From positions 197,098,001 through 197,162,000 of the forward strand of contig NC_042997.1 of NCBI RefSeq assembly GCF_006345805.1: a stretch of DNA of 64,000 nt, written 5' to 3'. This DNA comes from Octopus sinensis. Its lineage: Eukaryota. This document shows positions 1 to 14,149 of this stretch, in pieces. The notes below the pieces were generated by a model. It was given only the letters and a program-made list of their open reading frames with translations, searched no databases and was not told the origin of the DNA. The translations under genes were made by a program, and so were the position numbers. The stretch's first letter is position 1, and each line of letters begins with the position of its first letter.

Positions 1-1931
1 ATCAAGAGTGAGCTAACGATGGAAACAGAAGTCTTAGGAATAGAGCAACATTCACAAACACATATCGAACATCGATTATGTTTGGCGATATTAACGACCG
101 GAACGGAAAAAAAAAATCAATTATGAGAAAATAATGATACTAATGGTAACTAAGTAAATTAGACCAGGGCTTATTCTTCGTAAGCCAAGATCTTATTCTA
201 TCGGTCTCTTTTGCTGAACAGCTATTTTTACGGGGGCGTAAACAAACCACCATCGGTTTTCAAACGATGTTCGGGGAAAGATACAGATAGACACACACAC
301 ACATTCACACACGAACTCACACAACCACACATATGCATACATGGTGATTGCTTACTCCTTATGCACAGTTTCACCATCTCTCTTGTATTTGCATCCTAAA
401 TCTATCATGGCGTTTGATGAGGCTTTTAAAACTAAATAATGTTTTGAAAACACACCCATATATAAACATACATACATACATACATACGTACGTACGTACG
501 TACGTGTGTGTGTGCATAGTTCAAATTTACAGAAAAAATAGGAAGAAGGCAGGTGAAGGAATAACAAACAGTTATATTAGTTTAACACTCGTGAAGAATA
601 GAAAAGTCTTTGACATTTCGGGCTTACTCTCTTCGACAGGACGAAGAAAATCTGAGAGAGAAAAATATATGATGAAATGGTTGTTCCAAGTTTTCTTTCA
701 GAATAATTGCTTTTAGTCCATGCAATACCCTTAAAAATTTTCTTTGTGTATATGCAATGTATATGCATTTTTGAGGGACTACTTATTGTTGTATCTACTC
801 CTCATCCTAAAACTGAGGCACAAAATTTGACACTCTGTAGTAGATCCCTATTCGAAAATATTGTAGCATGGTTGTAAGTTCCGAGTGGAGATTTCTTGTA
901 AATATAACTATGTTAAATTGCATCACATGTGGCATTAGAATGTCACAAACCGAGATTTAATGTGGCAACTGAAACAAGGTTTTGATTCTCACATGAATGT
1001 ATATGACAACTCAATCACTACATAAGATGACATAATTTGGTGTGTTTCTGTCTCAGATATCTTTCACGTTTCCTGTGTATCAATCAGTACTATACGCATG
1101 GTTTAATGGCATGGGGTAAGTTTTGTCAGATAGGAAATTTCCAGTTGTAAAAGACATCTGACATCGAATAATATAAATTGATATTACGTAAGACGTGATG
1201 TGCAGGTGGTGTATTTAAATACGGTGCATATCCGCGCCAGGCAGAGCACAATATGTTCAATAATCATCCAGAAACAAATATGTACTCACAGTCCCCCACT
1301 AGAAGAGACACACACACATATTTATAACATGCATGTATGTGTATGTATTGTATATAATTATATATATTATATATAATTATATATATATTTATTTAGATAT
1401 ATATATATATACTTATATGCATACATAATATATATATTGAGTATGATATTAGCTGCTTATATATATATGTGTGTGTGTAATATGTATATATTATATATAT
1501 ATATGTATGTATATGAATATATATATATGTATGAGATATGGCATATATATGCCTATGTATGTGTAATATGTATATATATATATTATATATAAGTATAATA
1601 TATGTATATATATAACATATATACATACATATACATACATATATATGTATATATAAGTATATATACACATATTACATGCATATGTATATATAAGTATATA
1701 TTAACACATATATAATGCATTATACATACATATATATGTATATATACGTAATATACGTTATATTATAATATATATAATATATACGTATATATAAGTATAT
1801 ATACACACATATATATATACGTATATATACAGATATATATAAATATAAATACATATATATAAAAACATGTATATATATATATATAAATGCATGCATATAT
1901 ATAAATACATATATGCATGCATATATATTTA

Positions 1932-2150
1932 CAGTTATCCCTCGACTACTGCGGGTGTTACGTCCCAAAACCTTTCCCGATAGGTGAAAATCCACGAAGT
2001 AGAAACAGTATTCTACTCCATATATTTTTATCATTTGCAAATTTTATATACATTTATATTATTATAAATGCAAAACAACACCACGTACGAATCGCCGTAA
2101 GCTCAAATAATAAACCGCAATAAGTGAACCGCGATATGGTGAGTAATTAT
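1932..2150. mobile_element. Tigger/pogo-like MITE, decayed copy
   Basis: Starts TA|CAGTTATCCCTCGACTA and ends ...CCGCGATATGGTGAGTAATT (degenerate TIR). Internally similar to the better-preserved copy at 44762-45000. Confidence 0.7.
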
Positions 2151-2489
2151 TATATATATTCATATGTATATATACACACATATATATATATATGTACATA
2201 CGTACCGAGAGAAAGAGTGGGAGAGAGAGAGAAATAGGAATATACATAAATAGATACGTAAATACAGACATTCATACATATGTGTATATACATATGTATA
2301 TACACATGTATACTATGTATAGATAGATATATAGAGTCTTGAAGGGCTAGTATATCTAAATATCATAAATACTATTTCACGAATGTCGGATTTACATCTT
2401 TGTTCAGCTATTTTGACTAATAAGTAAAGAATAATTTACCATACTACTTTGTAGAAATTCTTACATTTTTTACTACACATTTTATACAC

Positions 2490-3160
2490 AAACAAAAAAT
2501 ATATATATATATATACCTATATATATATATATATAATTATATATATATATATATATAAATACCTATATATAATAACTACATATATCTATACATATATATT
2601 ATACATATACATATTACATATACATATATATATATTCATACACACACATATATACACACATATATACAACACATATATATACACACATATAGACATATAC
2701 ATATGCACATATACATATACACAACATATATACATACATATATACATATACATATATATACATATATACATATATATATATACATATACATAATACATAT
2801 ACATATACAGATATATATACATACACACACATATATACACACACATATATACACACATATATATACACACATATAGACATATACATATGCACATATACAT
2901 ATACACATAATAATACATACTATACATATACATATATATACATATATACATATATACATTTACATATATACATACACATATATATATATACACATATATA
3001 TATATACATGAATACATACACATAGATATACATGTATACATACATATATACATACATATACACATACATATACACATACACACATACATATACACATACA
3101 TACACACATACATATACACATACATACACACATACATACACACATATATATATATATGTA
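2490..3160. repeat. Compound (TA)n/(CA)n/(CATA)n microsatellite field
   Basis: Low-complexity tandem repeats. Similar fields occur at 1330-1930, 3420-3725, 8750-9100, 22120-22730, 26400-26870, 28080-28350, 31990-32460, 34700-35100, 47200-47470 and 56420-57025. Confidence 0.95.
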
Positions 3161-3436
3161 TGTTATTCTTGTACATCTCCGGATTATTTGTGCAAAATTA
3201 ATACGATTAAGGTTATTTCTTTCTTCTGTATGGCTACGAAAGCGATTGGTAAAATATAAGACTGGAGAATTTCTTTCTTTTCCGTGAAAGATGGGCGCCG
3301 TATCGTCCCAGGTTAAGGTTTATATCTAATCTACTTATTTTGACTAAATCTGGTTATAAGTATCGGCTTTGTGATACCCAGATGATCATACACATACAAA
3401 GCAGACCCTACTATTCAAACATATATATATATATTT

Positions 3437-3486
<50 letters not shown>

Positions 3487-3583
3487 GTATGTAAAAATAT
3501 GTATATATGTATATATAGATATATATGTGTGTATAATTAATTGTATATATATATATATATATATATATAATATGTGTGTATAA

Positions 3584-3619
<36 letters not shown>

Positions 3620-3630
3620 ATAATTAAGTG

Positions 3631-3675
<45 letters not shown>

Positions 3676-4021
3676 CATATATATACACACACACACACAC
3701 ACGTATATATATATATGTATATATAGGCTGAAGTGTTTGTATTCTCTATCATCTCATTTCAAGTATAACCAAAATACTCTAACCTCGCAACAGATAGCCA
3801 TCATCGTCATCACATTCAAACTAACTATACTAACTCCTATTACGCATTTGTATATTAGTTGCATCTTTGAAGATACAGTTAATTTCCTTAAATGAGTTAA
3901 TTATGCTATTTTCCATGAAAACCAAAGGATTCCATTCTTTTCATAAATGAAAACAAATTTTCAAACCCCTGGGAGCCTTTTTTGGCCTGATGACAAGGGT
4001 ATAATATTATACATAACATAA

Positions 4022-4158
4022 GGCGGCGAATTAATCCGTTTGTCTGTCTTTGTTTGCCCTCTCTGTGTTTAGCCCCTTGTGGGTAGTAAAAAATAGGTAT
4101 TTTGTGTGTCTTTACGTTTTGTGTTCAAATTCCACCGAGATCAATTTTACCTTTTATC
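4022..4158 (+). mobile_element. SINE family B, internally deleted copy
   Basis: GGCGGCGA head fused to the tail TTAATCCGTTTGTCTGTC...TTTAGCCCCTTGTGGGTAGTAAA, followed by a partial second unit GTTCAAATTCCACCGAGATC. Confidence 0.75.
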
Positions 4159-4306
4159 TTTTTTGTGTATGCATGTATGTCTGCACATATATGCAAATAA
4201 ATATATGTATTATATATATATATATATATATATAGTTAAATGTCGGGCGATGAAATGAGTGCCTAACTCCACACTGGCTGATGTATAATTTCTTTAACAA
4301 ATAAAG

Positions 4307-4340
<34 letters not shown>

Positions 4341-4355
4341 TTATTTTATAGAAGG

Positions 4356-4400
4356 AGCTTCTACAGGACTAGAACTGTTTCATTCAAAAAAAATCATCAA
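4356..4400 (-). ncRNA. Degenerate hammerhead-like motif in a Penelope-like terminal fragment (element about 4345-4470)
   Basis: Minus strand reads tTGATGA-ttttttttgaat-GAAA-CAG-ttctagtc-CTG-TA-GAAGCT. Stem III and the GUA site are intact; stems I and II are decayed. Confidence 0.45.
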
Positions 4401-4470
4401 TAAATTAATTCACTCTGCTATGTATTGAGTACCTTATTTACTGTGGTTAACCCCGACTCAACCCGGGACC

Positions 4471-4509
<39 letters not shown>

Positions 4510-4734
4510 AGCCAATGAGACAAACTCTAATCGCATGTTATTAGAGCTACTAGAATCTACCTCCCTCACCCTCGCATGAGGCATCTTGGTTAAAAGATAG
4601 AAAAAATATATAGTCTATTCCGAGATTGAAAAACTTTCTTTGTCCACATACGAAAAATACGTTTCACCCGATTTCTATTCGATCCACTTGGCCACGAGCT
4701 GTTGCACTACAATAATTGCAAACTTAAGACGCGG

Positions 4735-4890
4735 AGCAGGCAGAATCGTTAGTAAACCGTAGCGATCTCGTTTGCTCTTCATTCTCTCTGCGCTGATGAA
4801 TAAAGCACCAGTCGAACTCTGGGTTCGATATAATCGACTTACGCCTCCTCCGAACTTGCTGGCCTTGTGCCAAAATTTGAAATCAATAAT
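4735..4890 (+). mobile_element. SINE family B, old degenerate copy
   Basis: GGCAGAATCGTTAG head, TAAAGCACCAGT...CGATATAATCGACT core and GGCCTTGTGCCAAAATTTGAAA tail. Confidence 0.6.
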
Positions 4891-6629
4891 TATCGACTCG
4901 TCGTTATATCGATCTCATATTGAAATTTCTAAAAGAATAATTCAAAGAATTCTTATTCCAATAAATGACTTCTCTTTAAGTGTATTCTTTGCGTAAGTCT
5001 ATGATAACATCATTAAACTCTAAGTCGTGTTGTGTTTATTTGTTAATGAATAAATTCCTCGCATATCCCTTACATAAAAATGCTACGATACAAATGTTTG
5101 AAATATTCTATATTTCAGCAAATTATAGAAGATATGTTTGTTTGTTTGCTTTCCTTCTTAGATTATATTGCAGCACATTCTATAATGAGTCACGTTTGAG
5201 ATATGCTACGTATGAATAAATATTTTAGATAACTAACTCAATTATAGATCTTAGTCTGTTACACTGAAACGTGCTTCGAATGAAGAAGATCATTGAAGAA
5301 CTCCCAGACCTAAGAATACTTATTACTATTCAATATTATTAAACCTAAGTGTTGTTTCTTCAAAGTATACGTGCTGGCGATTGCTGGATTGTTCTTAGCT
5401 GTACATTCTGTTACTCAGTTTGTTTGGTGATAAATATTGAATCTTTGTTTCTCTTTAATATATACGTCACTTGCTTGTTTTTTAATTCTGTAGCATGAAC
5501 ACAAACAGAATATATTATCTGGGAGTTAGGGATTCAAAAAAAAAAAAAAAAACAGTATGCCTTGCCCTCTGTGAGAGACGTAAAAGGGAAAGAAAAACAT
5601 TGATAAATAACTGATTGGTATTTCTAAATAGAAATTCTATTCAGACGAACAGTGTAAACTGGTTGTACAATATTATGATAAAGATATAGAATAATAATAA
5701 TAATTTGAAGAACAGCATCCACATTATTAATGATAAATCTTAGTGGTGTGTAAAAAACGATTCTATCGCTGTGATAAGTAAATTAATCTAAAATATAAAG
5801 AGGAAGGAAAAAATTGCTGATCATGAATGTCTGCTGCAGATTTGACTGGTTGAGCAGACAGCTGTGTAATGTTTACCATTAAGTCAACCATGCAGAAACC
5901 ATTGACAAAACTATTCATTTATTAATATATATATATATGTATATGTTGCCAATTAAACTAAAAAAAGAAACAACCCCAAATTAAACAAGGAAATGCAAAC
6001 CTGTACAAATACAGGAACTACGAAGAGTATATAAGTCAACGAGAAGCTATATACACAGCTTAAATAAATATTTATTTTAATAACATACATTCTAAAAAAG
6101 TTTTTTCATTAATAGAATTTCTTTATTTCATTCGAAGGAATTTCAATATGTTATACAGAAAACGATGTCTTTGAAATATGATGTCTTTTTTTTTCCTGTG
6201 TTGTAAAGTAAATACTTAATCTAATAAAGCATATTTATTATTGCGCACTTTGGTCAATCCATTTCCTGGGAATGGTACGTAGATGTCAATAAGTCTTTGG
6301 GTAATGACCTTAATCTAACACCCGCTGTAACACTACACTCTCCTTTAGGATGCCTTTCGAAAACTCAAAACTCCTTCAGGAATTTTGCACTGCCAGTAAT
6401 GATGTTTTTTTCTTTCTCGTATCTGCGATTCGCTAAAAAACATCACGACGCCACTACACATTCTTAGAATTAAGTACTCAAAAGATATTTCGAACCATCT
6501 TTGAACTAATTCTCGAACTAGTTCGATTAGATGGGTCATATTCCTTGACACTTCACTAAAAAATTCCACGTTCAAGTTGTTGTAGCTGTTATTGCTGTTG
6601 TTTATAGCATATTTGTGTGCATATATATA

Positions 6630-6832
6630 GTTAATCCAAACAAGAAAACAAAAAAAACACAACAACGCAAGGACGTGGAACAAATAAAGTATTATTGGAC
6701 GCTCAGGAAAGAAGGGAAGAAGGAGGGTTTAACGTTTCGAGCGGAGCTCTTCGTCGGAAACATAGGAGAAGGAAAGATCCCGAGAAGGTAAGACAGAAGA
6801 AAAGAAATCGCCAGTGGTACTCACGAGGTCAC
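6630..6832 (-). mobile_element. Non-autonomous Penelope-like/retrozyme-type element carrying a minimal hammerhead
   Basis: TA-rich flanks, contains the motif at 6727-6761, and is related to the copy at 33130-33308 (opposite strand) and the stub at 9989-10045. Confidence 0.6.
6727..6761 (-). ncRNA. Minimal type I hammerhead ribozyme-like motif (CCGACGA core variant)
   Basis: Minus strand: GTTT-CCGACGA-A-GAGC-tcc-GCTC-GAAA-C-G-T-T-AAAC. Stem I GTTT/AAAC, stem II GAGC/GCTC, loop-less palindromic stem III (ACGT), putative GUU cleavage site. Confidence 0.7.
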
Positions 6833-6849
6833 ATATATATATATATCAT

Positions 6850-7012
6850 TTATTTATGCGCCCTTTTCAAGCCTAGACAGGTTCATGGGCCCGGTTTCCC
6901 GGTTTCTGTAGCGTATGTGTTCCCCCGAGCTGGACGGGACGCCAGTCCATCGTAGCGTTACTCAAGAAACAGGAAGAAAGAGCGAGAGAAAGTTGGGGCG
7001 AAAGAGTACAAC
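6850..7012 (-). mobile_element. 3' half of a tRNA-derived SINE with a V-domain-like tail
   Basis: Minus strand GTACTCTTTCGCCCCAACTTTCTCTC (shared with family C) joined to CTACGATGGACTGGCGTCCCGTCCAG, which resembles the V-SINE motif GCGATGGACTGGCGACCTGTCCAG. Confidence 0.65.
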
Positions 7013-7217
7013 ATATATATATATATATATATGCATCGGTATTAAAGTCGGCTGGCAATTGTAATGGTTACTATGCGGTGCAGTTGAAACGTGCGTATGT
7101 CTATATAAAGCTGTTTATATATAAAAAGATTTAAGGTAATGTTATGCAACATCCTAATAATCCTTATTATTATTATTATTATTATTATTGCTGTTGCTGT
7201 CGTTCCTGCTGCTGTGG

Positions 7218-7259
<42 letters not shown>

Positions 7260-7260
7260 C

Positions 7261-7302
<42 letters not shown>

Positions 7303-7316
7303 AAATATATATATAT

Positions 7317-7349
<33 letters not shown>

Positions 7350-7366
7350 AAGAGAGGAGAGAGAGA

Positions 7367-7367
7367 T

Positions 7368-7452
<85 letters not shown>
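7367..7452. repeat. (GATA)n microsatellite
   Basis: Perfect tetranucleotide run. Others occur at 21050-21400 (GATA/GACA) and 51958-52180. Confidence 0.95.
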
Positions 7453-7453
<1 letters not shown>

Positions 7454-8776
7454 TAGATATATAGATATGCATGTGTGCTTATATATCTATGAAATCGAAT
7501 AGTGTGAGAATATATATATTTATGCATGAATATATACTCGTGTTATAGATTGCAGAATTAGCGTTATTGGCAGGAAAATTGAAATTTTCAGCTCTCCGAT
7601 TATAAACATGCTGCCTATAAGTGTAAAGTTTATGAGATGCATGCAGATTTAATCAGTTTCGGAAATGACAACACCAACAATTGACATACGAATGCCTGAA
7701 AGCTGATGTAATCATAAAATTCAGAGGTAGTTGCACAATGAAAAATGAAACTGTAATGAACAGTGATGTCTCTGGAATGGAGACGGCTTTCGTGTAGTCG
7801 GGTGTCCTGTGGAATTAAGTTCAACGTTTGCATATTCATATATTTGTTTGCCTTATTCAATGAGAAATGGAGCTGAGTTGCAGGAACTAAATCGTATTTA
7901 CTGTAGCTTTGCAATATACCATAGAAATTTTGTTTTCTTTGGTTTCTCTTCAATCTTAGAAGTGATTGATTAACCTACGTAAAAGTAACATTTCCTTACT
8001 GATGGATACAATAATTATAAACGTAGTGGTAAAAAAATGAAAACAGTACGACAGCTAAATAAGGAGTTGAGAGAGGATTTCGACTTTCGTATGGGTAGAC
8101 AATTACGGATATTCATGTTTAAAGTTCAAATCACGCCGAAATCACAGTTGTTTCATGTTTCTAGGGTCGCTAAAATATTATAGCTGTGAACAGCTGTCTT
8201 CTTTTTTGTTGTTGTTGTTGTTCTTCTTTTTTCTTCTTTTTTCTTCCTCTCTTCTTCCTTCTCTTCCTCCTCCTTCTTTTTCTTTTCCTCCTCCTTCTTT
8301 TTCTTCTCCTCCTCCTCCTCCCTTTTCACAATCAGGACTCACGCCATTAGCCACAATGAGTAATCTCTAATTCGAGCCTACTCTAAGCTACTAAGAATGC
8401 GTGTGGCAACTTGAAGATCCACCCACCACACGTGATAGATTGGTGGTTGCACGGGCGCGAAAGCTACGTTGTTATCCTCATTCCGTAAACAGTGGCTTTC
8501 AACGAGTGGAGACCTGAACCATCCTGGGGTACAGAGGATTCGCAATCTAGACATGGGTCTGAAAGTTTACTAACCAGATTAGTTAGATGACATATCAGTG
8601 ACCTGTTATACGAACGGGGATCTCTGTCTCAGAGTATTACGGTGCACATATGATATGTATGTGTGTGCATATGTGTGTGCGTGTGTGTTAATATCTGTCC
8701 GTATACGCTGAATGTAGCTTCCTGTATTTCCTTGACGCGCTCTCCTCTCTCTCTCTCTCCCCACTCTCTTTCTCTC

Positions 8777-8843
<67 letters not shown>

Positions 8844-9684
8844 ATATATATAAATTTCGATAAATTCCACACAGCCTTGGTTTGATATCTCATTTTATTT
8901 AACATACACACACACACACATATATATATATACACACGCACACACACATACACACATATATATATATATGTATATATATATGTATATATATATATATATG
9001 AATAGATACATATATATATATATATATGTATACACACACGCGAACACACACACATGTATATATATAGAAATAGAGAGAAAGATAGACAGAGAGAGAGTGA
9101 GAATACAAAGCAATGTTGCAACATCGCATAGAAAGATACACGTATCATTATCGAATTTGTCTTGCAAGAATTTTCTTCTAAAAACGTTTGATGAAATCGA
9201 TACGTATCGCTTTGATAATGCTTTTGAAATCTTTGGACTCACTGAAGAGGTCACAGAACTTTGATGAATGATTTAAGACAAAGTAATCAATAATTAATTA
9301 ATTGATTAATTGATTTGTGAACAATAAAACTCCAATGAAATACAATCAATAATGTGTTTATTGGCCAAATGGCCCTTCCGAAGACAAGGGCATATATATA
9401 TATATATATATATATGCGCAGCGTATGTGTGTGTAACAAGATAATAGCCTGAACAGCTTCACAAATTTAGTCCTTAGATTTAAGAAAAAAGATTAATGGC
9501 TTTAATTGATTTTCGGCGCTTATTGGTGTCTCATCAGAGGTATTTCCATAATTTATCCCAGAAAATAAAGCGGTTCATCCTGTTATATACACAGCATAGT
9601 CTGTACAAACAGAGACTTGGAACTACCGATTTAATCGCGATATGGCAGGGGATTACTCTGTGTGTGTGTGTGTGTGTGTCTATA

Positions 9685-9960
9685 TCACCATCACGTGACT
9701 GACCAGACCATCAGATGTTGTTACACATCGCTGGTCACAATGCGTTCGCATTGTTTTAGCCTTCGAATGACGCCACCCCACTGGCTAAGAAGAAAGAGTG
9801 AAAGAAAGAGTGGTGAAAGAGTACAGTAGGGATCACCATCGTGGAGCTTTTTAAGGTATTTTCGCTCAATAAACACTCACAACGCCCGGTCTGGGAATCG
9901 AAACCGCGATCCTACAACCGCGAGCCCGCTGCCCTAACCACTGGGCCATTGCGCCTCCAC
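9685..9960 (-). mobile_element. SINE family C (tRNA-Arg-like head)
   Basis: Minus strand GTGGAGGCGCAATGGCCCAGTGGTTAGGGCAGCGGGCTCGCGG...GGTTTCGATTCCC has Pol III A and B boxes and a TCG anticodon-like loop. The tail is GAAGGCTAAAACAATGCGAACGCATTGTGACCAGCGATGTG. A second copy lies at 42400-42675. Confidence 0.85.
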
Positions 9961-10045
9961 GTGTGTCTATATATATATATATATATATAACGGGAAGCTT
10001 TATGAAAATAAACAAAAGACGAAGGCAGGTGGAAAACAAACGAAC

Positions 10046-10084
<39 letters not shown>

Positions 10085-10686
10085 AAATGGCACTAGAGGC
10101 AAGCGAAGAGTAAGACACCAAGTGAGAATATAACTCGAGGGAATTTAAGAAGGGAGGATTTGAAGCGTCGAATGTGGTTGTTATTTTCCAGACAAGAACG
10201 TAGATTTCGATCGCAGTATAACTTTAAGGACAGCAGAGAAATATTTATCCTTATACGACGGAAAAAATTTGTTAGTCCCGTAGCCGCCTTATAAGGGTAA
10301 AAACCCTATATCCCTTTGCTTTTCATACAGCTTTACCGCGTAAATGACATCATGATATTGAAGTACTATTTTAAGTAAACCGAATGGGTTATAAGTAAAA
10401 ACATGGAACTTTCATTATTAAGCGATAACAAAATTCCTGTACGATGATGAAATAAATTAACAAAGGAGTCTCTCTCCACTTACTTGCTAGACAGGGGTAG
10501 AATAGAAACTGACTCTTTTTCACATCGCATGTAAACATCTTTTGAAAAAGTGAAATCCATATTTGACAAGACGAAGACTTTGATGACAGGTCTGATCACT
10601 CGGAACTGTCATGGTTTTAAATACCAGCAAATGCAGTATAAACGTGAATATCATATATGATTTACATACGAGTGAACCAGGCAAAG

Positions 10687-11059
10687 CTATAGACATAAAT
10701 GTGTAATGGTGTCTGTCTGTCTGTCTGTGTGTTTGGGGTTAGTCTAACTCCTCTTACACCGTCCAACCGATTTTAATAATTTTTGGCACATAGGTAGATC
10801 ACATGATCTAAAGTTCATATATGGCCGGAATGTTTTTTCGAAAGCTCTATTATGCTTAGTTGGCATTAATTTTTGTGAGCTCAATCGGGCGATTGAATGG
10901 AAATTCCCATAACGATGCAGCTTTTGCATTTTTTTCATGTGTAAAATTTCAAAAAACGTCGATAGAATAGTCTCTAAGGAAATGCTTATTCAATACAAGG
11001 TCAGAGGTGAGCTTAACTTCATCACGGAAAACATGACCAACGCCGGGTCCAACGGCTAG
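10687..11059 (+). mobile_element. Non-autonomous Helitron
   Basis: 5' (GTCT)n microsatellite and CCAACCGATTTT motif; 3' end CAACGCCGGG...CTAG|T. Same architecture as 14150-14527. Confidence 0.75.
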
Positions 11060-11544
11060 TATGCCGTATTTGCGCTGAATCTCACTTCGATAGTAAAACG
11101 ACAGAGACTCATATGAGAATCAAGGGAAACTTTTATAAACAAAATAAGAAATATATGTGGGGTTTTTTTCACTGAGTAACAGCTTATAAACACCACATTG
11201 AAATAATAATTGCGCAATAGTGATTGTGGTGAGTTGAATTTGGTGATGTGTATTCATCATGTGATACAGAAGAGAAGAAAAGTGCTGTGACGATGATGAA
11301 TAATGATGTTGACAATATCAATCAAGCGTGGGAACTATGGTTCGATGGTATGAATTGGCAGGTGATATTTGTTCCGAATGATTAAGTCCAAATTCCGAAT
11401 CCCACCAATGTAGTTAATGCTGCCGTTTAATAATTCTGGACATGAAAGAAGGAACATTGGGATCGATTTGAATGACTAAAACCTTACTCTAAAATTTCGT
11501 GCATTGAGTCTACGTGAGAAACAATAACATCAACAACCACAAAT

Positions 11545-11545
11545 T

Positions 11546-11585
<40 letters not shown>

Positions 11586-11617
11586 AACGACGACAACGAC
11601 TACTACTACTACCATCA

Positions 11618-11648
<31 letters not shown>

Positions 11649-11693
11649 CACTACCACAACGACGACGACGACGACTACTACTACTACTACCAA

Positions 11694-11732
<39 letters not shown>

Positions 11733-11767
11733 CACTACTACCACTACTACTAATAACAATACTACCA

Positions 11768-11835
<68 letters not shown>
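11545..11835. repeat. (TAC)n trinucleotide microsatellite with CAC/GAC/AAC interruptions
   Basis: About 290 bp of trinucleotide repeat. It explains the poly-V, poly-Y and poly-S ORFs. Confidence 0.95.
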
Positions 11836-11844
11836 GCAGTAGTA

Positions 11845-12262
11845 ATGCTTAGCGGCATTTCTTCCGTTTTTACGTTCTGAGTTCAAATTTCACCGAGGTC
11901 AAATTTACATTTCATCCTTTCCGAGTCGATAAATTAAATACCAGTTAAACACTGACATCGATGTAATCGACTCGTCACCCCTTCCTCAGGCCCTGTGTCT
12001 ATTGTAGAAAGGATTATTTAACAATATTTTCGTAAATTTGAAAATGTGGTGAGCTGGCGGAGCCGTTAGCATGCCGGGAACATTGTTTAGTAGCACATCG
12101 GCCGTCCTTACGTTCTGAGTTCAAATTCCACCGAGGTCTAATTTACGTTTAATCTTTTTGGGGTTGATAAAATAAGTACCACTTTATCACTTGAGTAAAT
12201 ATAATCGACTTACTCTTTTCTCTACAAAGTTCAGGCCTTATGACTATAGCAGAAAGGAATAT
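11845..12262 (+). mobile_element. Two tandem copies of SINE family B (Meta-domain-like core)
   Basis: Each unit has TTACGTTCTGAGTTCAAATT.CACCGAGGTC and a TTTCATCCTTTC.GGG.TCGATAAA.TAAGTACC-like core, which resembles the MetaSINE central domain. Confidence 0.85.
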
Positions 12263-13190
12263 TTTCGCCAGCTTCATTCCCCATGTAATTATTCTTTCAA
12301 TGTACCAAATTAATCATGAAGGGATTAGCAAAAGCAATAAATAAATAAAAGGACTTTATAAATGGCAATACAGAAGGTAAGCCATTATAACAAAATATAC
12401 TAAAAGGAATGGGCATGTGTAAAGTCATTTGGGTAATCTATGTGTTGTATAAAATATATTATTCCTAACGCTTTTGATTGTAACACTGGTTAGAGCAAAT
12501 AACGCCATTATGGTGAAAATAGAGAGAAAATGAATCCACTTTTTACAGGGAAAATTGCCAGAAAATGAGATGCCACGTTTCAATGTAAACATGCCTAATG
12601 TTTCAATCCAGCTGGAAAGAGGGGTTCTTTACGTAGAATATGGTTTTTTGGTTCCTGTAGGAGTGAATTCTTTCGAACAAAAGTAAGAGTCGAGCGAAAC
12701 AACCGGCTAATGAACGGCTTACGGTTTGGTAATCTTCTATTATTACATGACTGCGCGGAAAGCTAATCAATAGAGAAGTTTTAACGGAATGATGACCGAA
12801 GCGGTATGCATGTAATTATTAGAAAGACATGTAAGTTGGTAAATGTTGCTGTAGCTGTAATTGTTGTTTGTAACTTGATGTGTTCAACCAAAATGGTGTC
12901 TCGCTTACGGTTGAATTAATCTGAATGCATACGTTGTCAACAGATGTTTGCTCAGGTCAAATATATTCTTTTTTTTATATGCTGGTTTATTTACTTTATG
13001 AACAGAATTGTCTACTGTATGATCATTTCTAATGAATAAGAACCGTTTTTCTGGTAAAAGAACCGATGAATCTGCAAGTTCGCTTTGGAACACGGAGCAA
13101 GCCACCAACAATTTTCAAAGCAGATTACACTGTCTTCACTAAAATGTATAGACATGCATACGAAACAGAACCCACATACACATGTGTTCG

Positions 13191-13197
<7 letters not shown>

Positions 13198-13246
<49 letters not shown>
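13198..13246. repeat. (TG)n microsatellite
   Basis: Perfect dinucleotide run. Confidence 0.95.
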
Positions 13247-13248
<2 letters not shown>

Positions 13249-13389
13249 TGTGTCTGTGTATACAGGGTGAGGTCAATGAACTGTCGTCTAAATTACACAA
13301 AAATGAAAATAACACTGGCCTCTCATTTTAACATATATTTTATCAAAATTACATTAAAATATCTTGAAAGTGGCTGTGTGGTAAGAATA

Positions 13390-13551
13390 GGCGTAGGGGT
13401 TGCTGTGTGGTAAGTAGCTTGCTTACCAACCACATGGTTCCGGGTTCAGTCCCACTGCATGGCACCTTGGGCAAGTGTCTTCTACTATAGCCTCGGGCCG
13501 ACCAAAACCTTGTGAGTGGATTTGGTAGATGTTAACTGAAAGAATCCCGTC

Positions 13552-13631
<80 letters not shown>

Positions 13632-13846
13632 ATGTTTGTGCGTCAGTATTTGCCCCCCCCCACATCGCTTGACAACCGATGCTGGTGTTTGCGTCCACGT
13701 AACTTAGCGGTTCGGCAAAAAGCGACCGATAGAATAAGTACTTGGCTTACACATAAGTCCTGGGGTCGATTTGCTCGACTAAAGGCGGTGCTCCAGCATG
13801 GCCACAGTCAAATGACTGAAACAATTAAAAAGAGTACTGAAGAGTA
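13390..13846 (+). mobile_element. SINE family A, full length, with an internal (TA)n tract
   Basis: Head GGCGTAGGGGTTGCTGTGTGGTAAG...GGTTCAGTCCC (A/B-box-like), CORE-like GGCACCTTGGGCAAGTGTCTT, internal microsatellite and tail GGCGGTGCTCCAGCATGGCCACAGTCAAATGACTGAAACAA. At least ten related copies are in the window. Confidence 0.9.
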
Positions 13847-14149
13847 AATTTATGCTGGAGTACACACACACACACACAAACACACACACGCGCATATATA
13901 TCGCATGAAGCCGCATTAAATAGAGTATATCGCATGCAATCATATTTAATTAGATCGAGTGTATTCAGGCGTGACAAAACATATCGCTGCGGATACTGAA
14001 CCGTGAGAAAATTCCCCTAATACACACGTACGAAAATACATCTTAGGAGGGGCGTAAGAGGTATACGTGTCTACGTCGATATAATTCGCCAGTTACGAAA
14101 ACGAAACTTCTTATACAGATGCCGATACGAACAAAATTATTCCTAGTCA

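Noticed and set aside
9885-9958. tRNA-Arg(TCG)-like gene on the minus strand
   Set aside because: It has A/B boxes but no pairing acceptor stem, and it continues into a repeated SINE body with a second copy at 42400-42675.
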